Below, piece by piece: positions 28,457 through 40,141 of a stretch of 64,000 nucleotides of DNA. The notes below the pieces were generated by a model that searched no databases, was not told the DNA's origin, and worked only from the letters and a program-made list of their open reading frames with translations. Position 1 is the first letter of the stretch. Every line of letters starts with the position of its first letter. Position numbers and translations under genes: made by a program. The stretch is from assembly GCA_963797555.1 (NCBI GenBank), contig CAWCPV010000014.1, positions 128,001 through 192,000 on the forward strand, read 5' to 3'. This DNA comes from an uncultured Gammaproteobacteria bacterium. GTDB lineage: Bacteria; Pseudomonadota; Gammaproteobacteria; CAWCPV01.

Positions 28457-29402
28457 ATGATATCTGTTAGCTCGCCGAGGACCGAGGTGCGGATCATCGC
28501 AGCGGGTCTTGAGTTTCCCGAGGGTCCGGTCGCACTGGCGGACGGGTCCGTCCTGGTGACCGAAATCGCTGCAGGCACGCTCGCGAGAGTGTCGCCGAAC
28601 GGTCGTATCGAGCGCATCGCGTATCTCGGCGGTGGACCGAATGGTGCGGCCATCGGGCCCGACGGGGCGGTCTATGTCTGCAACAATGGCGGCAGCTTCT
28701 CGTTCCACCGTCAGGACGGCCTGCTCGTCTTTGGACTCGTGGCACCACCGACCTATTCGGGAGGTAGTGATCGACCGGGTCGATCTTTCGACAGGCGAGG
28801 TCAGCATCCTTTACCGCGCGTGCGGAGATCGTCCGCTGCGCGGTCCCAACGACCTGGTCTTCGACGATACGGGTGGCTTCTGGTTCACCGACCACGGTAT
28901 TCGCACCGAGCGGTCGAGCGATCGCACAGGGGTCTTCTACGCCCAACCCGACGGTTCCAGCATCACCGAGAAGATCTTCCCGCTCGACAGCCCGAACGGC
29001 ATTGCCCTGTCGCCGGACGGCAGCCGTCTCTATGTGGCCGAGACCCAGGTCGGGCGGATCTGGTATTGGGACCTTGATGCTCCCGGCAAGATCGCCACCA
29101 GTGCGGATGGCGAGTTTCACCGGGGAAAGCTTCTCTACGGTGCGCCGGGCTACGCGCTCTTCGATTCGATGAAAGTCGACGGCGATGGATGGATTTGTCA
29201 GGCGACGCTGATCGACGGCGGCATCACGCAGATCTCCCCGGACGGACGAACGGTCGAAACCCTGCCTCTGTCGGACCCGATGATCACCAATCTTTGCTTC
29301 GGTGGCCCCGATCGTCGCACGGCGTTCATCACGTGCTCGGGCACGGGGCATCTTATCGCGGTTGACTGGCCGCGACCTGGCGGGCGGCTGGCATTCCCCT
29401 GA
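28457..29402 (+). CDS. SMP-30/gluconolactonase family protein; frameshift near 28760
   Basis: GLEFPEGP, GPNDLVFD..GG.WFTD, PNGIALSPDG, DSMKVD, TNLCFGG. Confidence 0.85.
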
Positions 29403-29450
29403 CTGCCGGTCGCGAGAAAGTAGCACTTCGGCATTCGAGGTGACGATCCG

Positions 29451-31165
29451 ATGCGAACAGCAGACTATATAGTCTCCGCCATCCGCGACCAGGGGGTGAC
29501 CCACTGTTTCATCGATCTCGGCGGCCTGAACGACAACTTCATGCCGGCGTTGTCCGGAACCAAGGGCATCAGGACGATCGTCGCCGCGTTCGAGGGCGGT
29601 GCGGCCTATATGGCCGACGGCTACGCACGGGCCTCCGGCGGTCTCGGCGTGTGCTTCGGAATCGGCGGGCCGGGCGTTCTCAACATGACCACCGCGCTCG
29701 CCGCGGCAAGGGCGGACCGCACCCCGCTCCTTGCGATCAGCGGCGAGGTGGCACGATCGTGGGAAGGGCATGGGCGGCTTCCAGGATGCGTCCGGCGCCG
29801 GGATCGACGATATCGACGTGCTCAAGCGCATCACCGGGTTGTCGCTATCGGTATCCTCGTGCGCGGTCGTGTCCCATCACCTCCGTCACGCGATCACGTA
29901 TGCCTTTACGCGTCGTTCGCCGGTTCACTTGTCGGTGCCGGTCGACGTGCAGAAGGCGGAGATCGATTCGGCCTGGCAGCCGGTCTCCGAATCGCTGCGA
30001 TCGGCCCCGTTTCGTCGACGAGAATGCGCTCGACCGCGCGGTCGGTCTGCTCAACGCCGCGCGGAAATCAGAAGATTATCGTGCTCGCCGGCCCCGGCGT
30101 GTTGCACGCGCACGGAATCGACGCGCTGCGCGCTTTCGCCGAACGCTTCGATATTCCCGGTCGCAACCACGTTGTCGGGGAAAGGGTTGATCCCCGAAAG
30201 TCATCCGCTCGCGCTCGGCGTGTTCGGTTATGGCGGCTCGCGCTGGGCGATCGACGCGATCCGCTCGGACGAGACGGACATGCTGCTCGTCATCGGCTCC
30301 GGACTGTCCCAACGCGACACGATGCAATGGGACCCGAAGATGCTGCCCTCGAAGGCGCTGATCCAGATCGACGCCGACCCGCTGATCATCGGCCGCACCT
30401 GGGCCGGCGAAGTGGCGGTGGTGGGGAATGCCGGTGAAGCGCTGCAACGCCTGGCGGCCATCAAGGACGCCGCGGGGCTCGAGGCCGGGCGCGCGCAACG
30501 CCAAGCGTTCCTCGCGCAGATCCGCGCCCAAGGGCCATGCCAATACCGGCCGGAAGACACCAAGAGCGACGCCGTACCCATGCACCCGGCGCGGGGTCGT
30601 GGCGGAACTGCGAGCCGCCTTTCCCGACGACGGTGTGTTGTGCGTGGACTCGGGCGCACACCGGGCGTGGTTTGCCGAGTATTGGGATGTTCGCGAGCCG
30701 GGTACCCACTTCTCGCTGACCAACCTCGGCCCGATGGGCGGAGCGGTCCCGCTCGGCATCGGCGCAAAGCTAGCCCGTCCCGAGCGACCGCTGATGGTTG
30801 CCACGGGAGACGGCTGCATGCTGATGCACGGCATGGAGGTGCATACCGCGGCGCGCGAGAAGGTCCCGCTCGTCATCGCGCTGATGAATAACCAGTCCTA
30901 CGGCAACATTTACTATCGCGCTTCGAAGATGGGACCCGGCCCGGAACGGCTCACCGATATTCCCGGCATCGACTGGGTCGCCTTTGCCGGGTCGATGGGT
31001 GGCGAAGGCGAGCGCGTGGAACGGCCCGACGACATCGCCGCGGCCGTCGGCCGGGCGCTCCGCGCCACGGGTCCGTACCTGTTGGATCTCCATACCGACA
31101 AGACCTATCCCACGCCCGTAAATGTCTGGCGGGAACGCCAGCAGGAATGGGAGGACAACGACTGA
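29451..31165 (+). CDS. Thiamine diphosphate-dependent enzyme (acetolactate synthase-like); several frameshifts
   Basis: EGGAAYMADGYARASG, GPG..N, TTLSGKG, QIDADP, ThDP motif GDGCMLM...NN. Confidence 0.82.
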
Positions 31166-31726
31166 TGGCCAGCGTTACCCGATCCCACGGCTACACTGAA
31201 AGGTGCCGAACGCGAGCTGTTCGATCACATGGCGTCCGCACGCGCTCACGCCGAGGGCCGCACGCATCTCGGCGACGTCTACGTGCGTATGTTCAACAAT
31301 CCGGGAGTCACGGCGAAGGTGGGCGCGCTCGGCGAGCATCTACGCTTCCATGGCGTTCTGCCCGACGCCGTGCGCGAGTTGGTGATCCTGCGGTTTTCCG
31401 CCCGGCAGCGGTATGGCTACGAGTGGTCGCATCACCAGCGTCCAGCGAAGCTCGCCGGTCTCGGTCAGGACACGATCGACGCACTGACGGCCGGGCAGAT
31501 ACCCGACACTTTGCCCGACGCCTCGCAGGCGGCCATCGAGGCGGTCGACGCGGTCGTGGCCAAGCGATCGATCCCGGCGGAGGTGCAGCAGCGGTTCGTC
31601 GAGGTCCACGGCAATGCGGGCATCGTCGAGCTCGTCGCGCTTTGCGGCCTCTACGCCATCATGGGCAGTATGGTCACCGCCTTCGATATCGAGATCGAAG
31701 AAGGGTTGCCCGATCCGCCCTTGTGA
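31165..31726 (+). CDS. Carboxymuconolactone decarboxylase/AhpD-like protein; early frameshift
   Basis: RELVILR...YEWSHH and VELVALCGLY; ATG overlaps the upstream stop. Confidence 0.8.
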
Positions 31727-32020
31727 CCCGCACGACCGGCCTCGGCCCGTGGACACGACCGGCAGCGAATGCCTGATCGGCGGCTCGGGGTGCGTGGTCA
31801 CGACCCAGCAGCCGGTGCTGCAGATCCCCGGCAGCGGCAACGTCTACATCGTCGACGGCTCATCGCCGAACCAAAATAACGCCTGGGTCTCGCCGTCCAT
31901 CACCCTGAGCCCCCAGCAGCGACTGCGGCGGCAACAGCCAGCGGCGGGAGCAGCCTGGGAGGAACGGTCAACGCGGGGGCCGGCGGCTCGGCCGGGGCTG
32001 GCCTAGACGACCTTCCAGAG

Positions 32021-32400
32021 GTGGTAGGCGTCGTCAAGGTGTCGAAGGGCACCGTGTCGATCGAGCGCCAGGGTCGCTCGCTGTCCGCGACGGTCGGCAC
32101 GAGAGTGCTCCAGCCCGATCGCATCGTGACCGGCGAGGACGCTTCGGTGGGAGTCGCCTTTACGACAGCCTGTGCTATCGGCTGGTCCCGACAGTGTGCT
32201 CGCGATCGATCGCTTCGCGTTCGACAGCACCACCTACGAGGGGAGGTTCGACGCTTCGTTCAAGCGCGGGACCTTGTTTTCAGTGGTCTCGGGGAAAATC
32301 GTCAGGCGGTCACCTGGCGCGATGAAGGTCCGGACCCGGCTGCGGTGTTGGCAGTGCGCGGGACCGAATTCGCGGTGAAGACCACATCCGTCTGTGGAGG
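32021..32400 (+). pseudogene. FecR-domain protein fragment
   Basis: VGVVKVSKGTV, DRIVTG.DAS, GPDSVLAIDRF, AVLAVRGTEF across frames; no N-terminus. Confidence 0.65.
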
Positions 32401-32408
32401 GGGAGAAA

Positions 32409-32999
32409 GTGAATAGGCTGCTGCTGATTCTGGTCGTGGCTGCGTTCCTAATTTCGGGCTGTGCGCCCCGCGACATGGTGGTGGTGCTGCCCAGCGAGGA
32501 TGGGCACGTCGGCCAACTGCTGGTTACCCAGGACGGTAAGGAGACGGTCCTCGATACCGCGTACGCCTCGTTGAAGACCAGTGGTGAGGGCGGGATGGCG
32601 AGAACATCGTCGAGCCCGAAAGAGGTAAAACAGGCGTTCGGTGCCTCCCTCGCGGCCCAGCCGATGCGTCCGGTCTCGTTCACTGTCTATTTCGTCGAAG
32701 GGTCGGACGAACTGACGCCCGGGTCAATGCACCAAGTGGACGAAATCTTCGCTGAGATTCGCCGGCGTCCAGCACCTGAGGTGACGGTCATTGGGCACAC
32801 CGACCGCGTCGGGTCGGTCGAGGACAATGATGCCCTTTCCCTGAGGAGAGCCGAAAGAGTGCGCAACGACCTCATCACACTCGGTATCCCGGCGGGCGAC
32901 ATCTATGCGGCCGGACGGGGCGAGCGTGAACCCTTCGTGGCGACCGCGGACGAAGTGTCCGAGCCGCGGAACCGGCGCGTAGAGATCAGGGTGCGTTGA
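32409..32999 (+). CDS. OmpA-family peptidoglycan-binding lipoprotein
   Basis: Lipobox ISGC, GHTDRVG, N.ALSLRRA, GRGE, NRRVEI. Confidence 0.9.
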   Translation: MNRLLLILVVAAFLISGCAPRDMVVVLPSEDGHVGQLLVTQDGKETVLDTAYASLKTSGEGGMARTSSSPKEVKQAFGASLAAQPMRPVSFTVYFVEGSDELTPGSMHQVDEIFAEIRRRPAPEVTVIGHTDRVGSVEDNDALSLRRAERVRNDLITLGIPAGDIYAAGRGEREPFVATADEVSEPRNRRVEIRVR

Positions 33000-33242
33000 C
33001 CGTCAGCGCGCCTCGCGGCACGGCGAGCACGGTGAAGTCGTCGCTCGCCTACGTGCCAGCCGCCAATGCGATGACGGTGTCCTGCACCGCCTCGACGAGG
33101 TGGCCGGGATGGTTGTCCTTTGCCCCGAAAGCGCTGCCTCGAACCTTTCACGCCCCAACAGCCGTCCCGAGGAGTCTATGGCTTCGGTAATTCCGAGGCA
33201 GTGCGCTGCTTGGGTGTATGTGCGGTACTGCCATGACCCAGA

Positions 33243-35172
33243 CGGATCTTCAACAGTCCCTGAAGCAGATCCCCGTTCAGACAATGACTTGCGGCGGTCG
33301 CGAGCGGGCGTGGCACCAGGACGCCGCTGACCGAGAGGGGATAGTGGTTCAGGCCAGGACGGTGCCCTCCATGCGGCGCACCGTCGGCGGCAGGGCCACG
33401 CCGACGGCTTGGAAGACCTTGCCGCAGGTGCCCTGGGCTTCAGCCCGCAGGCGAAAGCGCTTGCCTTCGTGCAAGACCTCGGTCTCGGTGAGGGCATCGA
33501 GATCGCGCACGATGTCGTCCCACTCCAAGGACTCGCCACGGGCTTCCAGACGCGCATGGAGATCCTTGCGCAAGATGAGCGCCAGGAACGAGCAGAACAC
33601 GTGACCGCGGATGGTCTCGTCGCAGCGGTGGAAGATGGGCCGGGTGGCGAGCAGCGACTTGGTGGTGCGAAACAGCTCCTCCACCATCCACAGCTACTTG
33701 TACTTCAGTGCCACCTCGGCGGCAGTGAGGTCGGTGTTGGTGCGCAGCACCCACTTGCCGTCGTAGCGCGCTTCGCGGCGCACCGCCTGCTCGTCGATGA
33801 CGAAGCGCTCGCCCTGGCCTGCGAGGTACTTGCGAAAGCCACGGTTGCCGATGAGCGCCTTGTCGCCCTGCTTGAGCTTCTCGCGCAACGCCGCCAGGAT
33901 GGCCGCACGGTCGGCTTCGTCCTTGCGCTTCTGGGCCTCGTTGAGGCAGACCACATAGCGGCGGCCCTCGACGTTGACCTCCTGACCCGCAGGGGGGCAG
34001 GGTCCTGGGCGTGGGCACCGGGTGGATGGACCACGCGATAGCGGCCGGCCCCGGGCCAGGACCTCCTCGCGCACCTCCTTGTGCCGGCACATGCGCGCCC
34101 CCAGGATGTAGCGCCAGCCCTGCGCTTCGAGATCCCCGAGCGTGGGCTGGCTGATCATGCCGCGGTCGGCTACCACGCACAGCTCCCCGATAGCAAAGCG
34201 CGTGCGCAGGCGCTCCACGATGGGCACCAGAGAAGTGACATCGCAGGTGTTGCCTGGCCACAGCTCGCAGCACACCGGCTGGCCTTCTCCGTCCAACACC
34301 GCGCCCACCACCATCTGCTTGAGATCCGGCCGGTGGTCCTTGCTGTGTCCGTACTGACCGAGGCTCTCTCCGCCCGCGCCCTCGAAGTACAAGGAGGTGG
34401 TGTCGAAGAACACACGTCCAGGGTAGTGAACAGGTCGCGGCGGTAGGCGAACAGGTCATCCTCGATGAGGTCCTTGATGCACCGCGGGGCGAACGGTGTG
34501 CGCCCGGCCTGCGCCTCCGCCGGCAGCGCCTCCCCCAGCCAGGCCATGGCCCGGTACAGGTGGTGGAGTCGAGCGCTTCGGTTCCCGGCAGCCGGTACAG
34601 CTCCCGCCAGCGCTCGGCCGCGCAATCCGAGCCCGGTGCGAGCAATCGGTGCAGCACCGTCAGGAACACCGCCCGCTCCACGGGAAAGCCGAACTGCCGC
34701 CGCGCCAGGCGCCGCTGCACCACCGCCTGGCAGCCGGTCTGCGCCCACAGCCGCTCGAAGATGAGCGCCGGCCCCACGCGCTCCGAGCTCACCACCGGCG
34801 TCTCGCCTGCGCCATGGGCATCGAGCATCAGCAGCGCCTCGCTGAAGCGCGCCGCTGAGCGCACCAGAGCGTCCAGCTCACCCGAGACGAGCAGCGTATC
34901 TAACCGCCCTAGTGTAGCCACCACCCGCTGTCGGGAACGCCCGTCTTCCCAGCGGTTCTCGACGACCTGAAGATACACCCGCTGCCCGGACTGTTTGCGG
35001 CGTAAGAACATGGCGGCCTCCCAAGAATGCCACCATGCTTATAGCCATTCATGAACACACAGCAACCTGACATAGCACTATGCGTGGCACCATAAGTCGG
35101 CCGATTTCCGACCGTCCGCCAGTCACATGGCGCCTTGCGGGCCGTCGTACCCCGACGACTGTTGAAGATGGG
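33243..35172 (-). mobile_element. IS1634-family insertion sequence
   Basis: IR ATCTTCAACAGTC (33246-33258) / GACTGTTGAAGAT (35157-35169); CAGA duplication at 33239-33242 and 35174-35177. Confidence 0.82.
33349..35011 (-). CDS. IS1634-family DDE transposase; frameshifted
   Basis: YLQVVENRW, FFDTTSLYFEG, GHSKDHRPDLKQ, VADRGM, VEELFR..KS.L..RPIFH. Confidence 0.88.
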
Positions 35173-35400
35173 GCAGAGCTATACCGGCTGGAGAGGGACG
35201 CCAGGGACGCCCACAGGGGCCTATGGATGCTGCCCGAGGCGCAGCAGAGGGTGGCGCCGTGAGTGGAGGCATCGTGGGCGTTCGGAGCACTGAAATGCCG
35301 GAGGCTTTCGACGCCGCCTGCTCCGGACTCGAATGCGGGGTGACATGGGAGTCGGCGGGGAGAAACTCCCGGAAACTGCTTGGCTCTCTCTTTCATTTCG

Positions 35401-35428
35401 ATGGCGGCTTCCGACCCAGAGCAGCCAT
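35401..35428 (+). repeat. dif-like site C (11-6-11)
   Basis: ATGGCGGCTTC-CGACCC-AGAGCAGCCAT. Confidence 0.7.
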
Positions 35429-35493
35429 TGGGCAGCCGATAGATCCGCCGCTCATCGGCAACAGCCCGCGACAGAGAGGTTGCGCGCCCATTG

Positions 35494-35834
35494 GACCGCC
35501 AGCCGGTCGGCGTTGGCGAAGCGGATCTCCGGGTAGCGCTCGACCTCTGCCAGGCGCGCCTGCTGGACGGCGCGCTGTAAACGAGGCAAGGGAGCAGGCC
35601 GTGGCACCGGTTCAGATCTTCCTGTCCACCGTGAGTGCGGAGTTCGCGAGCTACCGCGATGCCCTGCGCCGTGACCTCGACCGCCCCAACGTCACGGTCA
35701 AGGTGCAGGAGGACTTCATCGCCACCGGCACCGAGACGCTGGACAAGCTCGACGACTACATCCGCCAGTGCCACGCCGTGACCACCTGGTGGGCAACATG
35801 ACCGGGGCGCTGGCGCAGCCGCCCTCGGTGGCGG
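35494..35834. repeat. Scrambled near-identical copy of the 5' part of the NLR-like gene
   Basis: 35579-35834 matches about 18781-19037 (direct); 35494-35578 matches 19228-19321 inverted. Confidence 0.85.
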
Positions 35835-35835
35835 T

Positions 35836-36059
35836 GATACCAACCGCCCACCCACGCCCTTGCCCCTGCTGCGGTGCGCCCATGGTGATCCTCTCGACCT
35901 TCGAGCGCGCTCATGCCCCGCGTGCACCGACTGGAAGATTGCTTTGGACCTGCTGCTTACCGTGGTCGGCGGTAGGCGCCTGATAAGCCTCGGAGGAGGA
36001 AACCGCGGGGGGCGAACGATGAGGCCAGCGCAGGGAGGGGTGCTATGGGGATTTGAATG
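35836..36059. mobile_element. IS91-like transposase C-terminal remnant (+) and element end (-)
   Basis: PCPCCGAPMVILSTFE zinc-ribbon tail; 35931-36059 repeats 46553-46682 and contains oriIS-like CATTCAAATCCCCATAG on the minus strand. Confidence 0.6.
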
Positions 36060-36376
36060 TTGCCGGCTGGTCTTGGAATGTCCCATATCAAGACACAGCC
36101 CGACCCGACCGGTGGGCAGAATATGGGGCGTGTGCGCTGAAGCGCATGCCCTAGCTCTCCGACATCTGGCGAAGCTGGCCCGCTTGGCCGGGCTCACGTC
36201 GTCATCGTTCCAGCCGCCTTGACCTTGGTCGCCGAACCACTGCCTCGACATATTCGTCCCCGCTGGATAGCCCACGGATAGCAAATTACCCGAGCCAACA
36301 GCGACGCTTGGGTCGCAACAACTGTGAGTCAATCTACGAGGAAATGCGTTACTGTCGGAGAGACCCTTCATGGGTC

Positions 36377-38040
36377 CTATCCGTTAGAAACGAGGATCTC
36401 CCGCAGTCTCGCCCAGCTTTCCTCAGGCAAGGTGCTGAGCACCCGCACCAGGCGGGCGTCGCCGCTCTTCAAGACCATGCTCCGAACCTTCGAGGCCATC
36501 TCCTCGCCCTTTTGTACTTCGTGCTCGTCCAGATCCATACCTCGCACGATCGCCTCAGCACGCAGTGCTTCGTCTAACGTGAGGGTAAAGGCGGCACTGA
36601 ACGAGGATCCGCATACTTGGCAGGATGTCGCCATGGCAGGGTTGAGGGACCCGCAGTCGCCGCAGGGCTTGAACTGCCGCTTGGCCGCGGGAAACTCGTA
36701 CCCGCATTGCGGGCAGGTGTTCTTCCCAAGCCCGCATTCATGGCGGCAGATCGGACACCGTTTCATTCGCGGCTCTGTGTCCCCAGTCCGAGCCCCCGGT
36801 GACATCTCGTCCTCGACCCGGCGGGCATACCCTTCCAGGATCTCGAACGAGGGCATAACAACATAGGCGCGCGTGTCATCGTCCGGTCCTGCGGTCCGCA
36901 CGACGCGGCCGATGGCTTGGCGGAGGGCGAGTTCCGTTAGCGCGTGCGGCAGGTACACCAGCACCCGAAGGCGCCGAATATCCACCCCTTCGGAGACCAT
37001 GGCCACCGACACAAGCCAGCGCTTGTCGGTGTTGCGGAACGCCTTGATCTTGGCGTCCGGGTTCGGCATCTGGCTGTGTACCAGCAGCGCCGTATCCCCT
37101 TCGAGGCGCTGGATGAGCGTCACAAAGTACTTGGCCATCTCGATGGACGGGGCGATCACGAGCCCACCTGCTGCTGGCATCCGATACCGTAGCTCCGTGA
37201 GCTTGGCCCCGGCCCATGCCAACATCGTGGCCTGATAACCATTGGCCAGCGGGGTCCTGTTGTCGGCCTCATGCTGTGGCGTGCACGCCAGCCGATAGAA
37301 ATCGAGCACCCGTTGCAGCCCGGGAATGCGGACGAGATCAGGGGGGAGTTCTGCCTTCTGTTTGCCTGAGACCCTGACCGAATGTCCGTCTTCGAGATCG
37401 ACCGTGAAATGACCCTCGTGACGGTGGAACGTCACGGGACGGCAGTAGCCGAGGTCAACCGCCTCTCCATACGTCAGGGTGTAGGTGCCTTCCTCGGGGT
37501 GGGCAATCGCGCCGGTGTCATCGTAGGCAAGCCAGACCGATTGAGCGCCGTCAGACCGGATCGGTGTACCCGTCAGGACCAGGACGAACGCTGCGTCCGC
37601 AAAGGCGCTGTCGGCGCTGTCCCCCACGCGGCCTCAATGGCGGCGTGGTGGTGCTCGTCGCAGATGACCAGCACGCGGGCATGGCGGCACATCGCCTGGA
37701 GGGCATCCTGCAGGCCCTGCACGGCAGCCCAGGTCGCGCAAATGTCGGTGCTCAGGGCGCCGATATCGCCGTCCCGCCCGGTGACCTTGCTCATGAAGCG
37801 TCCGGTGACGCGGCGGAAGTCCTCGGCCCACTGGTTGACCACCTCGGCCCGCGGGGCGATCACGATGACCCGGTCAATCTCGCCGCGCTCAATGAGGGCG
37901 TCGGCAATCGCGCTGGCGCCGATCGTCTTGCCGGAGCCAGGCGCAGCATTGATCAGGAAATGCCGGTCCTGGCGCTGATCGAGCAGCCAATGGAGCGCTT
38001 TCGTGAGTGCATTCTCCTGCCAGGGACGTAGCCGAATCAT
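36377..38040 (-). CDS. SF2 DEAD/DEAH (ResIII-like) helicase with C-terminal double zinc ribbon; frameshift near 37625
   Basis: LRPWQ, AAPGSGKT, DEHHH, LTGTP, SEGVDI, QAIGRVVR; four CxxC pairs near the C-terminus. Confidence 0.85.
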
Positions 38041-38237
38041 TGCTTGGATCCTTTACGCAAGTTACACGTCCTACACAGGGCCTGGCCGTTGGCGACCACC
38101 GTCGCGCCACCGCGGGAGAACGGCACGATGTGGTCCGCATGGAAATCGTCGGTCAATGGCGCGCCGCACCGCTGACATCGACCTCCTGCCACCCAGGCGA
38201 GGATACGGCGTTGGCGATGGCTGAAGCCGCGCCTCAT
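38037..38237 (-). CDS. Small HNH endonuclease
   Basis: CQRC...HADHIVPFSRGG...NGQALCRTCN; ATGA overlaps on both sides. Confidence 0.9.
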   Translation of the reverse strand: MRRGFSHRQRRILAWVAGGRCQRCGAPLTDDFHADHIVPFSRGGATVVANGQALCRTCNLRKGSKQ

Positions 38238-38506
38238 TTGCTTACCCAATACTCGGTGAGCTGAATCTCACGCACCGGGAGATTGGCCGGGGGTTGAAAC
38301 TGGGCGTGCCGATTGACTCGGGCGACCGCGGCGGCATAGGAGACCAGCCCGGATTGGATCACCCAGCCGTCGCGTCGCATGTCCGAGATCACCTTGGTCA
38401 GGCTCGGTACTCCGAACAGCGTCAGGGACTCCAGGTGGGTGATCCGATTTCCTGCGGCCAGATGCTCCTTGACGGCCAGCACCATGCCATGCCGCATCGA
38501 GGTCAT
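38234..38506 (-). CDS. Small winged-helix DNA-binding protein
   Basis: KEHLAAGNRITHLESLTLFG...KVISDMRRDGWVI pattern; ATGA overlaps. Confidence 0.7.
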   Translation of the reverse strand: MTSMRHGMVLAVKEHLAAGNRITHLESLTLFGVPSLTKVISDMRRDGWVIQSGLVSYAAAVARVNRHAQFQPPANLPVREIQLTEYWVSK

Positions 38507-39113
38507 ACCCAGGCCTCCGTGTCCAAGTCCGCCAACGAACGCCCGATGTCGACGCTGTCCCCGTCGTTCTCGCGGTCCCTGCAACTCGTCTCCAGCGCGA
38601 GCACCCGCCAGCCGCCGTCGGCAAACGCGCGGTCGAGCGGCCACATGACGAAGGGCAAGCCACCGGTACGCAGATCGAACTCGGGCTCGTCGAGGGGACC
38701 AGCGAAGAGTTCCACAAGGGATGCTGCGCTCGCCATGATCTGCCGGGGGCTGAAGTCGGCGTCCAGGGAACGCCGGAGTCTCTTGGTACACTGCGAATAT
38801 CTGCTGTGAGCGAGTCAATGTGCTCTCCTGAGGTCCGCCACCCTCAGTGGATCGATGTGCTACCGGGCACGAGCCGGTAGGGCCGAATTCCCCGATCACT
38901 GTCTTCGACCGGTCTAAGCGCCGCAACCGCTTGCGAATTGCCCCCCAATACCCCTCGGAAGACCTTGACCGGATCATCGGTCACGACCAAGCCGAGTTCG
39001 GTCCCCGCATACAGCAGCGCAAACGAGATGCGCGCCGATGGGATTACGTCATCATCCCGCAGGCGCTGGATCAGGGTCCGCAGCCGTTCCATCGGGTTGT
39101 CCTGGGAAAGCAC
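38503..39113 (-). CDS. Hypothetical protein (~200 aa when frameshifts are joined)
   Basis: ORFs 38844..39113 and 38503..38736 bridged by a third frame; stop overlaps the wHTH start. Confidence 0.45.
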
Positions 39114-39166
39114 ATGCTCTTGGTTGCTCGCATCGTCTTGTATGGCGGCTCGCCACCTGATGGATG

Positions 39167-40092
39167 TCAGTCGTACTCAGCGACGGCAGCGAGATGCACC
39201 ACACGGTCCTCGACGGTCAACACTGCCCCAGCGATGTTCATCCCATGCAGCCGCAGGTGCTGCCCTTCCCCGATGACGGAATATGCTTCAACGGGCGTAG
39301 CGGCGACGCGCTGGAGTAGCGAGTGCACCTGATCGAGCGAGACTTCCCCGCGGGGGCCGTCCTCCCCATCGAGCGCATCCAGCGCATACCCCGCCATGAT
39401 CTTGCCGAACAGCTTCTTGAAGGTCTCCGGATGGTCGAAGACCTCGACTCCATTAAGCTGTCCGCGGACGGCAAGGACACGCCGACCTGCTTGGGCTCAG
39501 GTTGCAGGGACGTTCGATAGGCGTCGACGCCCCGACGCCGCTGCTCGTAAAGATCGCTCATCGCTTCGGTCCTCGATCGCGCACGCATGCGCGACGACTT
39601 GGCAGCGATGTCTTGCCAGATCGCCCTCTGGTCAGCCTGGCAGGAGCCGTGATGCCTCAAGTTCTGAGAGACCTGGTGTATCTTTGCCGCACGGGCGCTG
39701 GCATAGAGCGTACGGTCAGCCGACCGAAATTCCTGCGAGACGTACGCCCAGCGGCCCCGTTCAACACATGAGACGGGAATGCGGATCTTCTTGAGGGGAC
39801 CGACCAGGATCGTGAGGTTGACGATTCGGTTCTGACGAGCACCGACCAACTCTTCGCCGTCCACTAGCAACACGGGCTTGTCTGAATAGTTTTCGAACCA
39901 AAGCTCGGGGACGCTGCCGCCTTCCGACACCTCGGTGACCCTGGCGAGGCTCCGCGCCAATGCTTCATCGAGCGTTAGGTAGGAAGCAGGTATATCGGTC
40001 TCGGCAAACAGTGGCACCATAGTCACGGCGCGGAAGGATCGAGGGACGCCGATGCTTAGCCGTTGCAGGACTTCTTTGATTTGGACAACCAT
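39167..40092 (-). CDS. ARPP-1 (DUF6569) family protein; frameshift near 39480
   Basis: YLTLDEAL, VTEVSEGGSVPEL, DGEELVGARQNRIVN, IPVSCVERGRW, C-terminal RVVHLAA; GGAGAGG RBS. Confidence 0.78.
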
Positions 40093-40124
40093 TGTTTCCT
40101 CTCCGATTCGGTACACCACTCCTC

Positions 40125-40141
40125 TGCAGTAGGCGTGCCAA
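40125..40141 (-). promoter_or_regulatory. Sigma54 -24/-12 promoter for the ARPP-1 operon
   Basis: Minus strand TTGGCACGCCTACTGCA, 33 bp upstream of ATG 40092. Confidence 0.65.

Larger units (their letters stand above)
33204..35275 (+). pseudogene. Thermonuclease (SNase) 3' remnant split by IS1634
   Basis: AAWVYVRYCHDP | ELYRLERDARDAHRGLW rejoin when 33243-35172 is removed; homologous to 45175-45310. Confidence 0.7.
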
